A stretch of 31,421 bases of DNA from Candidatus Velthaea sp. (GTDB lineage Bacteria > Vulcanimicrobiota > Vulcanimicrobiia > Vulcanimicrobiales > Vulcanimicrobiaceae), in NCBI GenBank assembly GCA_050012475.1, contig JBEKHC010000061.1:1-31421 (forward strand), read 5' to 3'. Positions 1 to 7,733 of this stretch are shown one piece after another. Made by a program: the position numbers and the translations under genes. The notes below the pieces were generated by a model. The model had not been told where the DNA came from. It worked only from the letters and a program-made list of their open reading frames with translations, and ran no database searches. How positions within the stretch are numbered: position 1 is the stretch's first letter; every line of letters starts with the position of its first letter.

Positions 1-107
1 TCGTCGGGTCGAAAACTCTAGCGTCGCGCGGCGTTTGAGCCGGACCGCGCGGGAAAGCCTCACGTCGCCGGGGAGAACGAATAGGCGCTTGCGAAGCGCA
101 CCGCGAC

Positions 108-1133
108 ATGGCTGCGTCCGTCATCCTGTTCGATCCGCATCCGCGCTCGGCCGCCGAGATCTTCGATGCGCCGACGCGTCGCCGATTCGAGGCCCTCGGC
201 ACGATTATCGCGCCCGGCGACGGCGCCCTGGCCTCGTCGATGGTCGATGAATATTTACCCGAGACCGCGCTGCTGATCGGTCAAACAGACATGCCGGCCG
301 CGCGGCTCGCACGCGCGGTCAAGTTGCGCGCGATCATCAACGTCGAAACGAACTTTCTCCCCAATGTCGATTACGACGCGTGCTTCGAGCGCGGCATCCA
401 CGTCTTGACGCCGGGCAGCGCGTTCGCACCCGTCGTCGCGGAGACGGCACTCGGGTTGGCGATCGATTTGGCGCGCGGCATTACCGCCGCCGATCGGGCC
501 TTTCGCGCCGGCCGCGAAAAGTATGGACTCGAAGGCAATGCCGGCTGCTTCACGCTGGCGGGCGCGCCGGTCGGCCTCATCGGCTTCGGCGACCTGGCCC
601 GGTCGCTGCTCAAACTGCTTGCGCCGTTCGCCTGCCGCGTGCGCGCCTACGATCCGTGGCTGCCCGATGAGTTTCTCAGCCGCAGCGGCGTGGAGCCTGC
701 GACGCTCGACGAACTGCTGCAAACGTCGCGCGTGGTGTTCGTTTTCGCCGGCGTGTCGACGGAAAACCAGGGCTTCCTTGGGGCCGAGGAGTTCGCGCGC
801 ATGCAGCCCGGATCGGCATTCATTCTCATGAGCCGTGCGGCGGTCGTCGACTTCCCCGCGATGTTGCACGAGGCCGCGTCCGGGCGGCTCAAGATCGCGA
901 CGGATGTCTTTCCCGAAGAGCCGGTCGCTGCCGGCGATCCGCTGCGCAGCAACGAACAGGTCGTCTTGTCCGCGCACCGGGCGGGGGCGATGGTTGAAGC
1001 GCTGCACGACATCGGCCGGCAGACCGTGGCCGATGCGGAGATGATCTTGCGCGGTTTGCCGCCGGTCCTGTGCCGGCGCGCGCAGCGCGAGACCGTCGCT
1101 CGGTCGCGCTCGAAACCGATCGCGCGAACCTGA
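108..1133 (+). CDS. D-isomer-specific 2-hydroxyacid dehydrogenase family protein
   Basis: Rossmann motif GLIGFGDLA, (M)SRAAVVD, DVFPEEP and SAHRAG catalytic motifs typical of the D-2-hydroxyacid dehydrogenase family. Confidence 0.9.
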   Translation: MAASVILFDPHPRSAAEIFDAPTRRRFEALGTIIAPGDGALASSMVDEYLPETALLIGQTDMPAARLARAVKLRAIINVETNFLPNVDYDACFERGIHVLTPGSAFAPVVAETALGLAIDLARGITAADRAFRAGREKYGLEGNAGCFTLAGAPVGLIGFGDLARSLLKLLAPFACRVRAYDPWLPDEFLSRSGVEPATLDELLQTSRVVFVFAGVSTENQGFLGAEEFARMQPGSAFILMSRAAVVDFPAMLHEAASGRLKIATDVFPEEPVAAGDPLRSNEQVVLSAHRAGAMVEALHDIGRQTVADAEMILRGLPPVLCRRAQRETVARSRSKPIART

Positions 1134-1174
1134 TCGACGGTCGCAATCCACCATCGGAAAGTTAAGGAGACCAG

Positions 1175-2170
1175 ATGCCCATCACGAGTGTCAAGTTGTC
1201 GAAGTTCGCCGGCACGGCGTCGCTCGCCGCGCTGCTCGGCGTCGTTCCGCTGACCGCCGGCACCGCGGATGCGCAGCAAAAGCCGGTGTTCGGCGTCCTG
1301 TTGAAAACGCTGTCGAATCCGTATTGGGGATCGGTCGCCAAAGGGGTGAACGATGGTGCCGCGCAGGCCGGCGTCGAGGCGTTCGTCCAAGCTGCCGAAT
1401 CGGATCAGGCGGCGGAGCCGCAACTCAACGCGTGCAACACGATGCTCGAACGCAAACCGGCGGTGATGCTGGTGGCTGCGATCAATTCGACCAATCTGCT
1501 GCCATGTCTCACGCGGGCCGCCGAGCAGCATATCCCGGTCGTCAATCTCGATAACAATCTCGATCCCGCAACGACGAAACAGGCCGGCGTGCCGCTTGCC
1601 TTCGGCATCGGATCGGATAACGAGAAGGCCGGTGCAAAGGCTGCCGACTTCATCGCCAAAGCGCTGGGCGGAAGCAGCGCGAAAAGCACGGCGCTGGTCA
1701 TCGAGGGAATTGCGGGAAACACCACCAGCGCCGCGCGAGCGCGCGGTTTCAGCGACGAACTGGCGAAAGCTGCGCCCGGCGTGAAGATCATCGCTTCGCT
1801 GCCAGGCGATTGGGATCGCCAGAAAGCCGCCAACATCACCAACGACACGCTGCAGCGTCAGCCGGACTTGGGCGCTATCTTCGCCTGCAACGACGGCATG
1901 GTGCTCGGCGCGACCGAAGCCGCGCGCGGTGCCGGGAATACGAAGCTGGTGCTCGTCGGCGTCGACGGCGATGCGGACGCGATTCGTGCCATCAAGGCCG
2001 GCCGGCTCAACGCGACCGTCGCCCAGTTGCCGTATCTGATGGGCCGCGACGCGGTCATCGACGCAAAGGAAATGCTGGCCGGCAAGCAAGTCAGCGCGAA
2101 CATCGCGGTGCCGACGCTGCTCATCACGCAGGTGCCTGGCAACGATAAGCTGTTGCAATACTTGCGTTAG
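1175..2170 (+). CDS. Sugar ABC transporter substrate-binding protein (RbsB/AlsB-like)
   Basis: RBS AAGGAG; signal peptide ending ADA-Q; motifs LKTLSNPYW, GDWDR, ACNDGM, VGVDG, ATVAQ. Confidence 0.92.
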   Translation: MPITSVKLSKFAGTASLAALLGVVPLTAGTADAQQKPVFGVLLKTLSNPYWGSVAKGVNDGAAQAGVEAFVQAAESDQAAEPQLNACNTMLERKPAVMLVAAINSTNLLPCLTRAAEQHIPVVNLDNNLDPATTKQAGVPLAFGIGSDNEKAGAKAADFIAKALGGSSAKSTALVIEGIAGNTTSAARARGFSDELAKAAPGVKIIASLPGDWDRQKAANITNDTLQRQPDLGAIFACNDGMVLGATEAARGAGNTKLVLVGVDGDADAIRAIKAGRLNATVAQLPYLMGRDAVIDAKEMLAGKQVSANIAVPTLLITQVPGNDKLLQYLR

Positions 2171-2186
2171 GCTTCGGTCGACGAAC

Positions 2187-3197
2187 ATGGAGGCGAGGGG
2201 AGCGCCGCCGGCGGTGCCGGACACGCGTGAAGCGCGTGCCGGCGGCTTCTCGCTGCGTGCCCGGCTCGACGGACTTTCCGTTCGGCTCGAATCGCTCGTC
2301 GTTCTGCTGCTTCTGGTCGTCGCGCTGACCGTTCTCTCGCGCTATTTTTTCAGCGTCTCGAATTTTCTCAACATTCTGTTGGCGACGTCGGTCATCGGCG
2401 TGCTCGCGATCGGCGAAACATTCGTCATCAGCGCGGCGGGAATCGATCTATCGATCGGCTCGCTGCTCGCGTTCTCAGGCGCCGTCGGTGCGCAGACGGT
2501 CATCGCGCTGGGCTGGCCCTGGCCGCTGGGGATTCTCGCGTGTCTGGGAGCCGGGACGCTGGCCGGATCGGTAAACGGCGTTCTGATCGCGCGCGCCGGC
2601 ATCCCGCCGTTTATCGTCACGCTCGGGATGCTCGGCGTGGCGCGCGGCGCGGGGCTTGTGCTGACCGGCGGCCAGTCCATCTACGGATTGCCGCCGCCGA
2701 TCGTCTTTCTGGGCCAGGGTCGGCTGCTCGGTATTCCGGTTCCGGTCGTCGTGTTTTTGCTGCTCGCGGTCTGCGCGCACATCTGTCTGGCGCGGACGCC
2801 GTTCGGCCGGCACATCCAGGTGATCGGCGACAATGAATTTGCCGCGCGCGCGATGGGCATCGCCGTCGACCGGCTGCGGATCATCTTGTACGCGCTTTCC
2901 GGTCTGCTTGCCGGTCTTGCGGGCTTGCTGTTTGCCGCGCGCGTCAACGCGGCCGATCCGACCGCCGGCATCAGTTACGAATTGACCGCGATCACCGCAA
3001 CGATCATCGGCGGTACCAACTTGTTCGGCGGCCGCGGCAGCGTTCTGGGCACGATCATCGGCGCGCTCATCATGGGTGTGCTTCAGAACGGACTTAACCT
3101 GCTCGCAGTGCAGTCGTTCTATCAGCAAATGGCGATCGGTGCCGTGCTCATCGCGGCGGTGTGGCTCGATCAAGCCAGCCGCCAGCGGAGGACGTGA
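2187..3197 (+). CDS. Sugar ABC transporter permease (RbsC-like)
   Basis: Multiple hydrophobic helices; GIDLSIGS, IPPFIVTLG, YELTAITATIIGGT..GGRG motifs. Confidence 0.93.
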   Translation: MEARGAPPAVPDTREARAGGFSLRARLDGLSVRLESLVVLLLLVVALTVLSRYFFSVSNFLNILLATSVIGVLAIGETFVISAAGIDLSIGSLLAFSGAVGAQTVIALGWPWPLGILACLGAGTLAGSVNGVLIARAGIPPFIVTLGMLGVARGAGLVLTGGQSIYGLPPPIVFLGQGRLLGIPVPVVVFLLLAVCAHICLARTPFGRHIQVIGDNEFAARAMGIAVDRLRIILYALSGLLAGLAGLLFAARVNAADPTAGISYELTAITATIIGGTNLFGGRGSVLGTIIGALIMGVLQNGLNLLAVQSFYQQMAIGAVLIAAVWLDQASRQRRT

Positions 3198-3940
3198 TGA
3201 GCGTGCCGCTGCTTTCGCTCGAGAACGTCACCAAACGCTTCGGCGCAGTGGAGGTCTTGCGCGGCATTACGCTGCAGGTCAGCGCGGGCGAAGCGGTTGC
3301 GATCGTCGGCGATAACGGCGCCGGCAAGTCGACGCTGATGAAGACAATCACCGGCGTGCACCGCCCGAACTCGGGACGGATCGTTTTCGACGGCACCGAC
3401 GTCACGGAGATGAGCACCGGGAACTCGCGCGAGCTTGGGATCGAGATGATCTATCAAGATCTCGCGCTGGCCAAGATGCAGGACGTCGCGTCGAATATCT
3501 TTCTCGGCCGCGAGCCGACGCACCGGTTGTTCGGCATCGTTCCGATCATCGATCGCGCGCGCATCGAGCGCGAATCCGAGGAGATGATTCGCCGGCTCGG
3601 TGCGCGCGTGCCGTCGGTACGCCAGCAAGTCGGACTCATGTCGGGCGGGCAGCAGCAGTCGGTCGCGATCGCCCGCGCGTTGACCTTCGACCCCAAACTC
3701 GTGATCATGGACGAGCCGACCGCGGCGCTGGCCGTCAAAGAGATCGAGCACGTTCTGGAACTCATTCGCACGTTGAGTGCGCGCGGGATCGCGGTCATCC
3801 TCATCAGCCACCGGCTCACCGACGTCTTTGCCGTCTGCGATCGGATCATCGCGCTGCGTCAGGGAACGGTCATCGCCGACGAACGAACGTCCCAAACGAG
3901 CATGAACGCGGTCGTCAGCCACATCGTCGGCGCGAGCTGA
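3197..3940 (+). CDS. Sugar ABC transporter ATP-binding protein (single ABC domain)
   Basis: Walker A GDNGAGKST, signature MSGGQQQ, Walker B LVIMDE, ISH switch; the ATG at 3197 overlaps the permease stop (TGATG). Confidence 0.93.
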   Translation: MSVPLLSLENVTKRFGAVEVLRGITLQVSAGEAVAIVGDNGAGKSTLMKTITGVHRPNSGRIVFDGTDVTEMSTGNSRELGIEMIYQDLALAKMQDVASNIFLGREPTHRLFGIVPIIDRARIERESEEMIRRLGARVPSVRQQVGLMSGGQQQSVAIARALTFDPKLVIMDEPTAALAVKEIEHVLELIRTLSARGIAVILISHRLTDVFAVCDRIIALRQGTVIADERTSQTSMNAVVSHIVGAS

Positions 3941-3973
3941 CGTCGCGCGACTGGCCGGCGCGCATCGCTGCCG

Positions 3974-4402
3974 TCAGCTCAGCGGAAACTCGATGCGAAC
4001 GCCCTCGAATCGCGAGTAATCGCGGTCATGCGTGCACAGCGTTGCGCCGTGTTCGATGGCGCTTGCAGCAAGATCTGCATCCGGCGCAAGTGGACCGCGT
4101 GCCTGTGCCGCAATCGCGAGCTGCCTGAACAACTCCCAGTGGCGCTCGGTCGGTGCGAGCAAGACCACGTTGTCGCAAGCGAGCCATTCTTGAACTACGG
4201 TACATGCGTCGGCAACTGACAGCGGTTGCGGGAATATGCGGACGTTCGTCGTGATACGGACGTAAGCGAGAGCGGTCGAGAGCGCGATGCCGATCCGCTC
4301 CGGACCGTTGAACGCAGCGGTGAGCCAACGGCATGCGCGGCCATGGAGCGGATCGGCGTTGTTGTAAGCATAGATCAGCAAGTTGACGTCGACGATCTTC
4401 AT
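3974..4402 (-). CDS. vapC: VapC PIN-domain toxin
   Basis: N-terminal IVDVNLLIYA, DADLAASAIEHGATLCTHDRDY; ATGA overlap with the upstream antitoxin. Confidence 0.92.
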   Translation of the reverse strand: MKIVDVNLLIYAYNNADPLHGRACRWLTAAFNGPERIGIALSTALAYVRITTNVRIFPQPLSVADACTVVQEWLACDNVVLLAPTERHWELFRQLAIAAQARGPLAPDADLAASAIEHGATLCTHDRDYSRFEGVRIEFPLS

Positions 4403-4647
4403 CGTCGCGAACCGCCCTCCGCCTCATCGAGGAGTTCCTCGATATTGTCGTACGAAAGCCCGGGTCGAATCCCAAGGGAACGAGGTCGCACCTCGAAACG
4501 CTCGCCCTTTTTCGAGCGTTGGCTGATCTGCACCAAGCCCAAACGTAAGGTCTCGTTTACCACTACGCGGAAGGGCCGGCCGCTGCGCGCAGTTTCCGCG
4601 GCAAGCTTTGCCGCCACATCGTCGTCGAGAGTTAGGGTTGTTCGCAC
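4399..4647 (-). CDS. vapB: VapB-type ribbon-helix-helix antitoxin
   Basis: Starts (GTG)RTTLTLDDDV, typical of RHH VapB; acidic C-terminus; GTG at 4647 lies 6 nt after a -10 box, so the longer ORF-track start at 4884 is not used. Confidence 0.88.
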   Translation of the reverse strand: MRTTLTLDDDVAAKLAAETARSGRPFRVVVNETLRLGLVQISQRSKKGERFEVRPRSLGIRPGLSYDNIEELLDEAEGGSRR

Positions 4648-4682
4648 ATCTTGATGATAAAAAAGCAACATCAAGATGTCAA
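4646..4682 (-). promoter_or_regulatory. vapBC sigma70 promoter overlapped by an 11-bp inverted repeat (likely VapBC operator)
   Basis: Minus strand TTGACA (4682-4677), 17 bp spacer, TATCAT (4659-4654); perfect inverted repeat ACATCTTGATG (4646-4656) / CATCAAGATGT (4669-4679). Confidence 0.85.
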
Positions 4683-4811
4683 GAGAACGACTCGTTTCCT
4701 CTTTAACAAGTGCGCCGCGTCGTAGGCGGCGCGCAGTCGCTGCCGGAAGGCTCGACGGTCGACGGCGGCAAGGTTCGCGCGCGGATGCGTTTCCGTCGCA
4801 CGTTTGCGGCA

Positions 4812-4841
4812 TTGACGCTGGCGGTCTGCACGTGCTACAGT
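4812..4841 (+). promoter_or_regulatory. sigma70-type promoter of Cys leader 1
   Basis: TTGACG (4812-4817), 18 bp spacer, extended -10 TGc-TACAGT (4836-4841); the ATG follows after 7 nt. Confidence 0.75.
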
Positions 4842-4848
4842 CCTTGCG

Positions 4849-4917
4849 ATGTCCCACCGAGCTTTCGCATGTCGATGCTGTCACTGTCTGGCGCTCACCC
4901 GAAGCCGGTCGAGTTAG
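4849..4917 (+). CDS. Putative leaderless Cys-rich leader peptide 1 (MSHRAFACRCCHCLALTRSRSS)
   Basis: 22-codon ORF starting at the predicted +1; four Cys in six codons (TGT CGA TGC TGT CAC TGT); followed by a terminator; paralogous element at 9668-9739. Confidence 0.8.
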   Translation: MSHRAFACRCCHCLALTRSRSS

Positions 4918-4944
4918 GCGCGTCCTCGTGTAGTAACGGTTCGC

Positions 4945-4982
4945 CAGCGCCTCTCGTCCGCCGACGAGGGGCGTTGTTCTTT
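4945..4982 (+). terminator. Attenuator terminator 1
   Basis: Stem CAGCGCCTCTCGTC, loop CGCC, stem GACGAGGGGCGTTG (14 bp including 2 G-U), followed by TTCTTT. Confidence 0.8.
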
Positions 4983-4999
4983 ATGTGATGTCGATTGGC

Positions 5000-5070
5000 G
5001 GCCATATAGCCAAGTGGTAAGGCTGGAGCCTGCAAAGCTCCGATCGCGGGTTCGACTCCCTCTATGGCCT
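5000..5070 (+). tRNA. tRNA-Cys (GCA), CCA not encoded
   Basis: Cloverleaf: acceptor GGCCATA/TATGGCC plus U73, D-arm GCC-AAGTGGTAA-GGC, anticodon arm GGAGC-CTGCAAA-GCTCC, T-arm GCGGG-TTCGACT-CCCTC (one C-U mismatch). Confidence 0.93.
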
Positions 5071-5146
5071 TTTCTCGATCATCGTCGTGCAACATCGATC
5101 CGACGCCGTCGCGGGCACGGTGCATCCGACAAGAAGCAAAGTACGT

Positions 5147-6925
5147 ATGAGTTTTCGCGCCAACGCACGTTTCAAAGCTGATTGGAGTACGGTGCGCAGC
5201 GACGTCATCGCGGGTGCGACGGTCGCCGCGATCGCGGTCCCGCAGGCGATTGCCTATGCGCTCATTGCGGGCGTCGATCCGCGTTACGGTCTGTATTCGG
5301 CCGTGGTGATAACGATCGTCGCTTCACTGCTGGGCTCGTCGTCGCACCTCATCAACGGGCCGACAAACGCGATCTCGCTCTTGGTCTTCGGCGCACTGGC
5401 TTCTTTTGCGGGGCACGTCGATGCCTACGAGGCATTGTTTCTGCTCGGAATCATCGCGGGATCCATCCAGATCCTCATCGCGGTATTCAAACTCGGCGAT
5501 TTGACGCGCTACGTCTCGGAATCGGTGATTCTCGGCTTCATGGCGGGCGCCGGACTGCTGATCGCGGTAGGGCAAATCGGGAACTTCGTCGGTGCCGCGA
5601 AGAAGGGAACCGGGGATCAGTCGGTTCTCATGAATACGTGGTTGACGCTCAGCGGCGGGACGTTCGATCCGCGTTCGATCGGTTTGGGCATCGGGACGAT
5701 CGTGGTCGTGCTGCTGCTGCACAAGCTGATAGTCAAACACAAGCTTCCGCGCGTCGATATGCTCGCAGGCTTGATCCTCGCTTCATTGGCGGCAGCGTAT
5801 TTCGGCTGGTCGTCTCCGGCATCCAGCGGCAAGACGCTCGTTTCGGTGGTGGGGACGGTTCCCGCCGCGCTGCCGGCATTTCACATCCCGCGAATCGATT
5901 TGGCCTGGTTTGGGCGGTTGATCACGGGAGCCGTTGCGATTGCTCTCCTCGGTTTGCTCGAGGCGCTGGCGGTAGCCAAGTCGATCGCCACCTACACGCG
6001 CCAACCCCTCGACTATAACCGCCAATGCCTTGCCGAGGGCGTCGGCAATCTCGTCGGCGGCTTCTTTCAGGCCTTGCCCGGTTCGGGATCGTTGACGCGT
6101 TCGGCAATCAACTATCAGGCCGGTGCGGTGACGCGCGCGTCCGGCATCTACTCAGGAATCATCGTCGCGGTGGTCGTCCTCTTGCTCGGACCCTACGCCC
6201 GTTTCATCCCGAAATCCGTGTTGGCCGGACTGCTGTTCATTACCGCGGCGCGGTTGATCGACTGGAAAAGACTCGCGTACGCGATTCGGGCCTCCCGGTT
6301 TGATGCAATCCTCGTAGCCGCCACGGCTTTCACCGCTATTTTCATCGATGTCGAGGATTCGATCCTCGTCGGCGTGGCGCTGTCGATTCTGCTCTTCGTT
6401 CCGCGAGCTTCGAAACCCGGAATGCGTGAACTCATCGTCACCCCGGAAGGGGTGGTGCGCGAACGCAGGCCCGGCGAGGAGCGTGTGAAAGCGTTGCTCA
6501 TTTACGACTTGGAAGGTGAGCTGTTTTTCGGAGCGGCGCCCGAACTGTCGCGCTATTTGCGCGAGATTGTCGAAAATGCCGATCGCGCGAGCATCCGGTA
6601 CGTCGTGCTGCGCTTGCGGCGGGCTCGGCATCCGGACGTCGTGGCGGTCGAGCTGCTGGAGCACTTCCTGCGCGATGCGGAGAGCCACGGCGTTACTGTC
6701 CTGCTTGCTGGGGTTCGTCCCGACTTCGTTCGAATCTTGAAGAACGTTCGTCTCGACCGCTGGTTTCCGGCGGATCGAATTTTTCCCGAAGAAGATGAGC
6801 CCTTCTCAGCGACGCTGCATGCCGTTCGTCGCGCCAACGAGCTGGCAAACAAGGCTGATTCGGAACACCAAAGCGATTCTCGGATTCCCGGCGACGAAAG
6901 GGATCCAGTCTACTATCTGGTTTAA
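5147..6925 (+). CDS. SulP/SLC26 family anion (sulfate) transporter with STAS domain
   Basis: D..AGATVAAIAVPQAIAYALIAGV.PRYGLYS, GSSSHLINGPT, GSGSLTRSAIN, C-terminal STAS (GELFFGAA). ATG at 5147 preferred over GTG at 5087. Confidence 0.92.
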   Translation: MSFRANARFKADWSTVRSDVIAGATVAAIAVPQAIAYALIAGVDPRYGLYSAVVITIVASLLGSSSHLINGPTNAISLLVFGALASFAGHVDAYEALFLLGIIAGSIQILIAVFKLGDLTRYVSESVILGFMAGAGLLIAVGQIGNFVGAAKKGTGDQSVLMNTWLTLSGGTFDPRSIGLGIGTIVVVLLLHKLIVKHKLPRVDMLAGLILASLAAAYFGWSSPASSGKTLVSVVGTVPAALPAFHIPRIDLAWFGRLITGAVAIALLGLLEALAVAKSIATYTRQPLDYNRQCLAEGVGNLVGGFFQALPGSGSLTRSAINYQAGAVTRASGIYSGIIVAVVVLLLGPYARFIPKSVLAGLLFITAARLIDWKRLAYAIRASRFDAILVAATAFTAIFIDVEDSILVGVALSILLFVPRASKPGMRELIVTPEGVVRERRPGEERVKALLIYDLEGELFFGAAPELSRYLREIVENADRASIRYVVLRLRRARHPDVVAVELLEHFLRDAESHGVTVLLAGVRPDFVRILKNVRLDRWFPADRIFPEEDEPFSATLHAVRRANELANKADSEHQSDSRIPGDERDPVYYLV

Positions 6926-6941
6926 AAAAGCGATTGCTGCA

Positions 6942-7298
6942 TTACGTGCGGTAGGTTTGGGACGCAGCGATCGCTTGCAGCAATCCGTCGAGCAGCCCGG
7001 GGAACAACTCGTCGATGAGATCGCGGCGCAGCCACATGATCTTCTTGCGCCCCTCGTAGCGCGCTTTGATCAAGCCCGCCTCGCGCAGCACCTTGAAGTG
7101 ATGGGTGAGGTTCTGCTTGCTGCCCATGCCCAAGAAATCGAAGGGACACTGCTCGTTCTGTTCGGCCAGCCGCCGGACGATCTCGAGTCGCGTCGGATCA
7201 CTGAGCGCCGAAAGGATCCCGTAGATGGTGATGTCTTCGCGCTCCGGGTACCAAAGCGCACGTGGGGTGAGGTCGGAAGAATCGTTCTCGGCAGCCAT
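6942..7298 (-). CDS. ArsR/SmtB family transcriptional regulator
   Basis: LSALSDPTRLEIV...SKQNLTHHFKVLREAGLI...EGR winged-helix motif. Confidence 0.9.
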   Translation of the reverse strand: MAAENDSSDLTPRALWYPEREDITIYGILSALSDPTRLEIVRRLAEQNEQCPFDFLGMGSKQNLTHHFKVLREAGLIKARYEGRKKIMWLRRDLIDELFPGLLDGLLQAIAASQTYRT

Positions 7299-7351
7299 TG
7301 ACAGTAAAACATCCCTTGTACTATAATTAGTACAAGATGTATTGTACTATA
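7298..7351 (+). promoter_or_regulatory. Consensus sigma70 promoter with a palindromic operator over the -10 box
   Basis: TTGACA (7298-7303), 18 bp spacer, TATAAT (7322-7327); inverted repeat CTTGTACTA-taat-TAGTACAAG (7315-7336); extra half-site TTGTACTATA (7342-7351). Confidence 0.8.
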
Positions 7352-7723
7352 TCTGCCGGGACGGTGTCCACCGGCCTCGACGACGACGCGCGTTCGGCCT
7401 ATCAGCATTTTCGGCGCCAAGCTCGGGCGCTCGGCACGATTTCGAGTTCGTTCGACGCGCTCGCGCTGGTCGTGACGGCGGCCTATTTGGAAGCGCTGGC
7501 GCGCCCGAGTTACGCGGCCTGGGCGATGCTCGTTCGGCGCGCCGCTGTGTTCGCGCAGCGGGCACGCGCGCTGCGCACGATCGTTGCTTTCGACGTCCGG
7601 GAGCGCGAAGCGCTGGATTTCTTCGAGGCAATCGTGCGCGAAAACGCCGACTTGCTGATCGTGCACCAAACGCTCGCGACCCCGAGTAACTTGGACGCGC
7701 CGCAGCGTGCGTTGGTCTCATAG
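7337..7723 (+). CDS. Hypothetical protein, divergent from arsR
   Basis: 128-aa helical-looking ORF filling the gap between the consensus promoter and the convergent desaturase gene; no family recognised; start uncertain. Confidence 0.55.
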   Translation: MYCTISAGTVSTGLDDDARSAYQHFRRQARALGTISSSFDALALVVTAAYLEALARPSYAAWAMLVRRAAVFAQRARALRTIVAFDVREREALDFFEAIVRENADLLIVHQTLATPSNLDAPQRALVS

Positions 7724-7733
7724 CTGGCGGTTG

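Noticed and set aside
4849..4917. Cys-rich micro-ORFs as metallothionein or RiPP precursors
   Set aside because: No modifying enzymes nearby; only the Cys block is conserved between the copies, and each is followed by an attenuator-type terminator before sulfur-related genes.
4840..4990. T-box or SAM riboswitch in the leader
   Set aside because: No T-box antiterminator bulge motif (UGGNACC) or SAM-I/IV core was recognised; the leader is short and explained by the ORF plus hairpins.
5000..5070. tRNA-Cys as the attachment site of an integrated element
   Set aside because: No integrase or transposase in the window, and no duplicate of the tRNA 3' end was spotted by eye.
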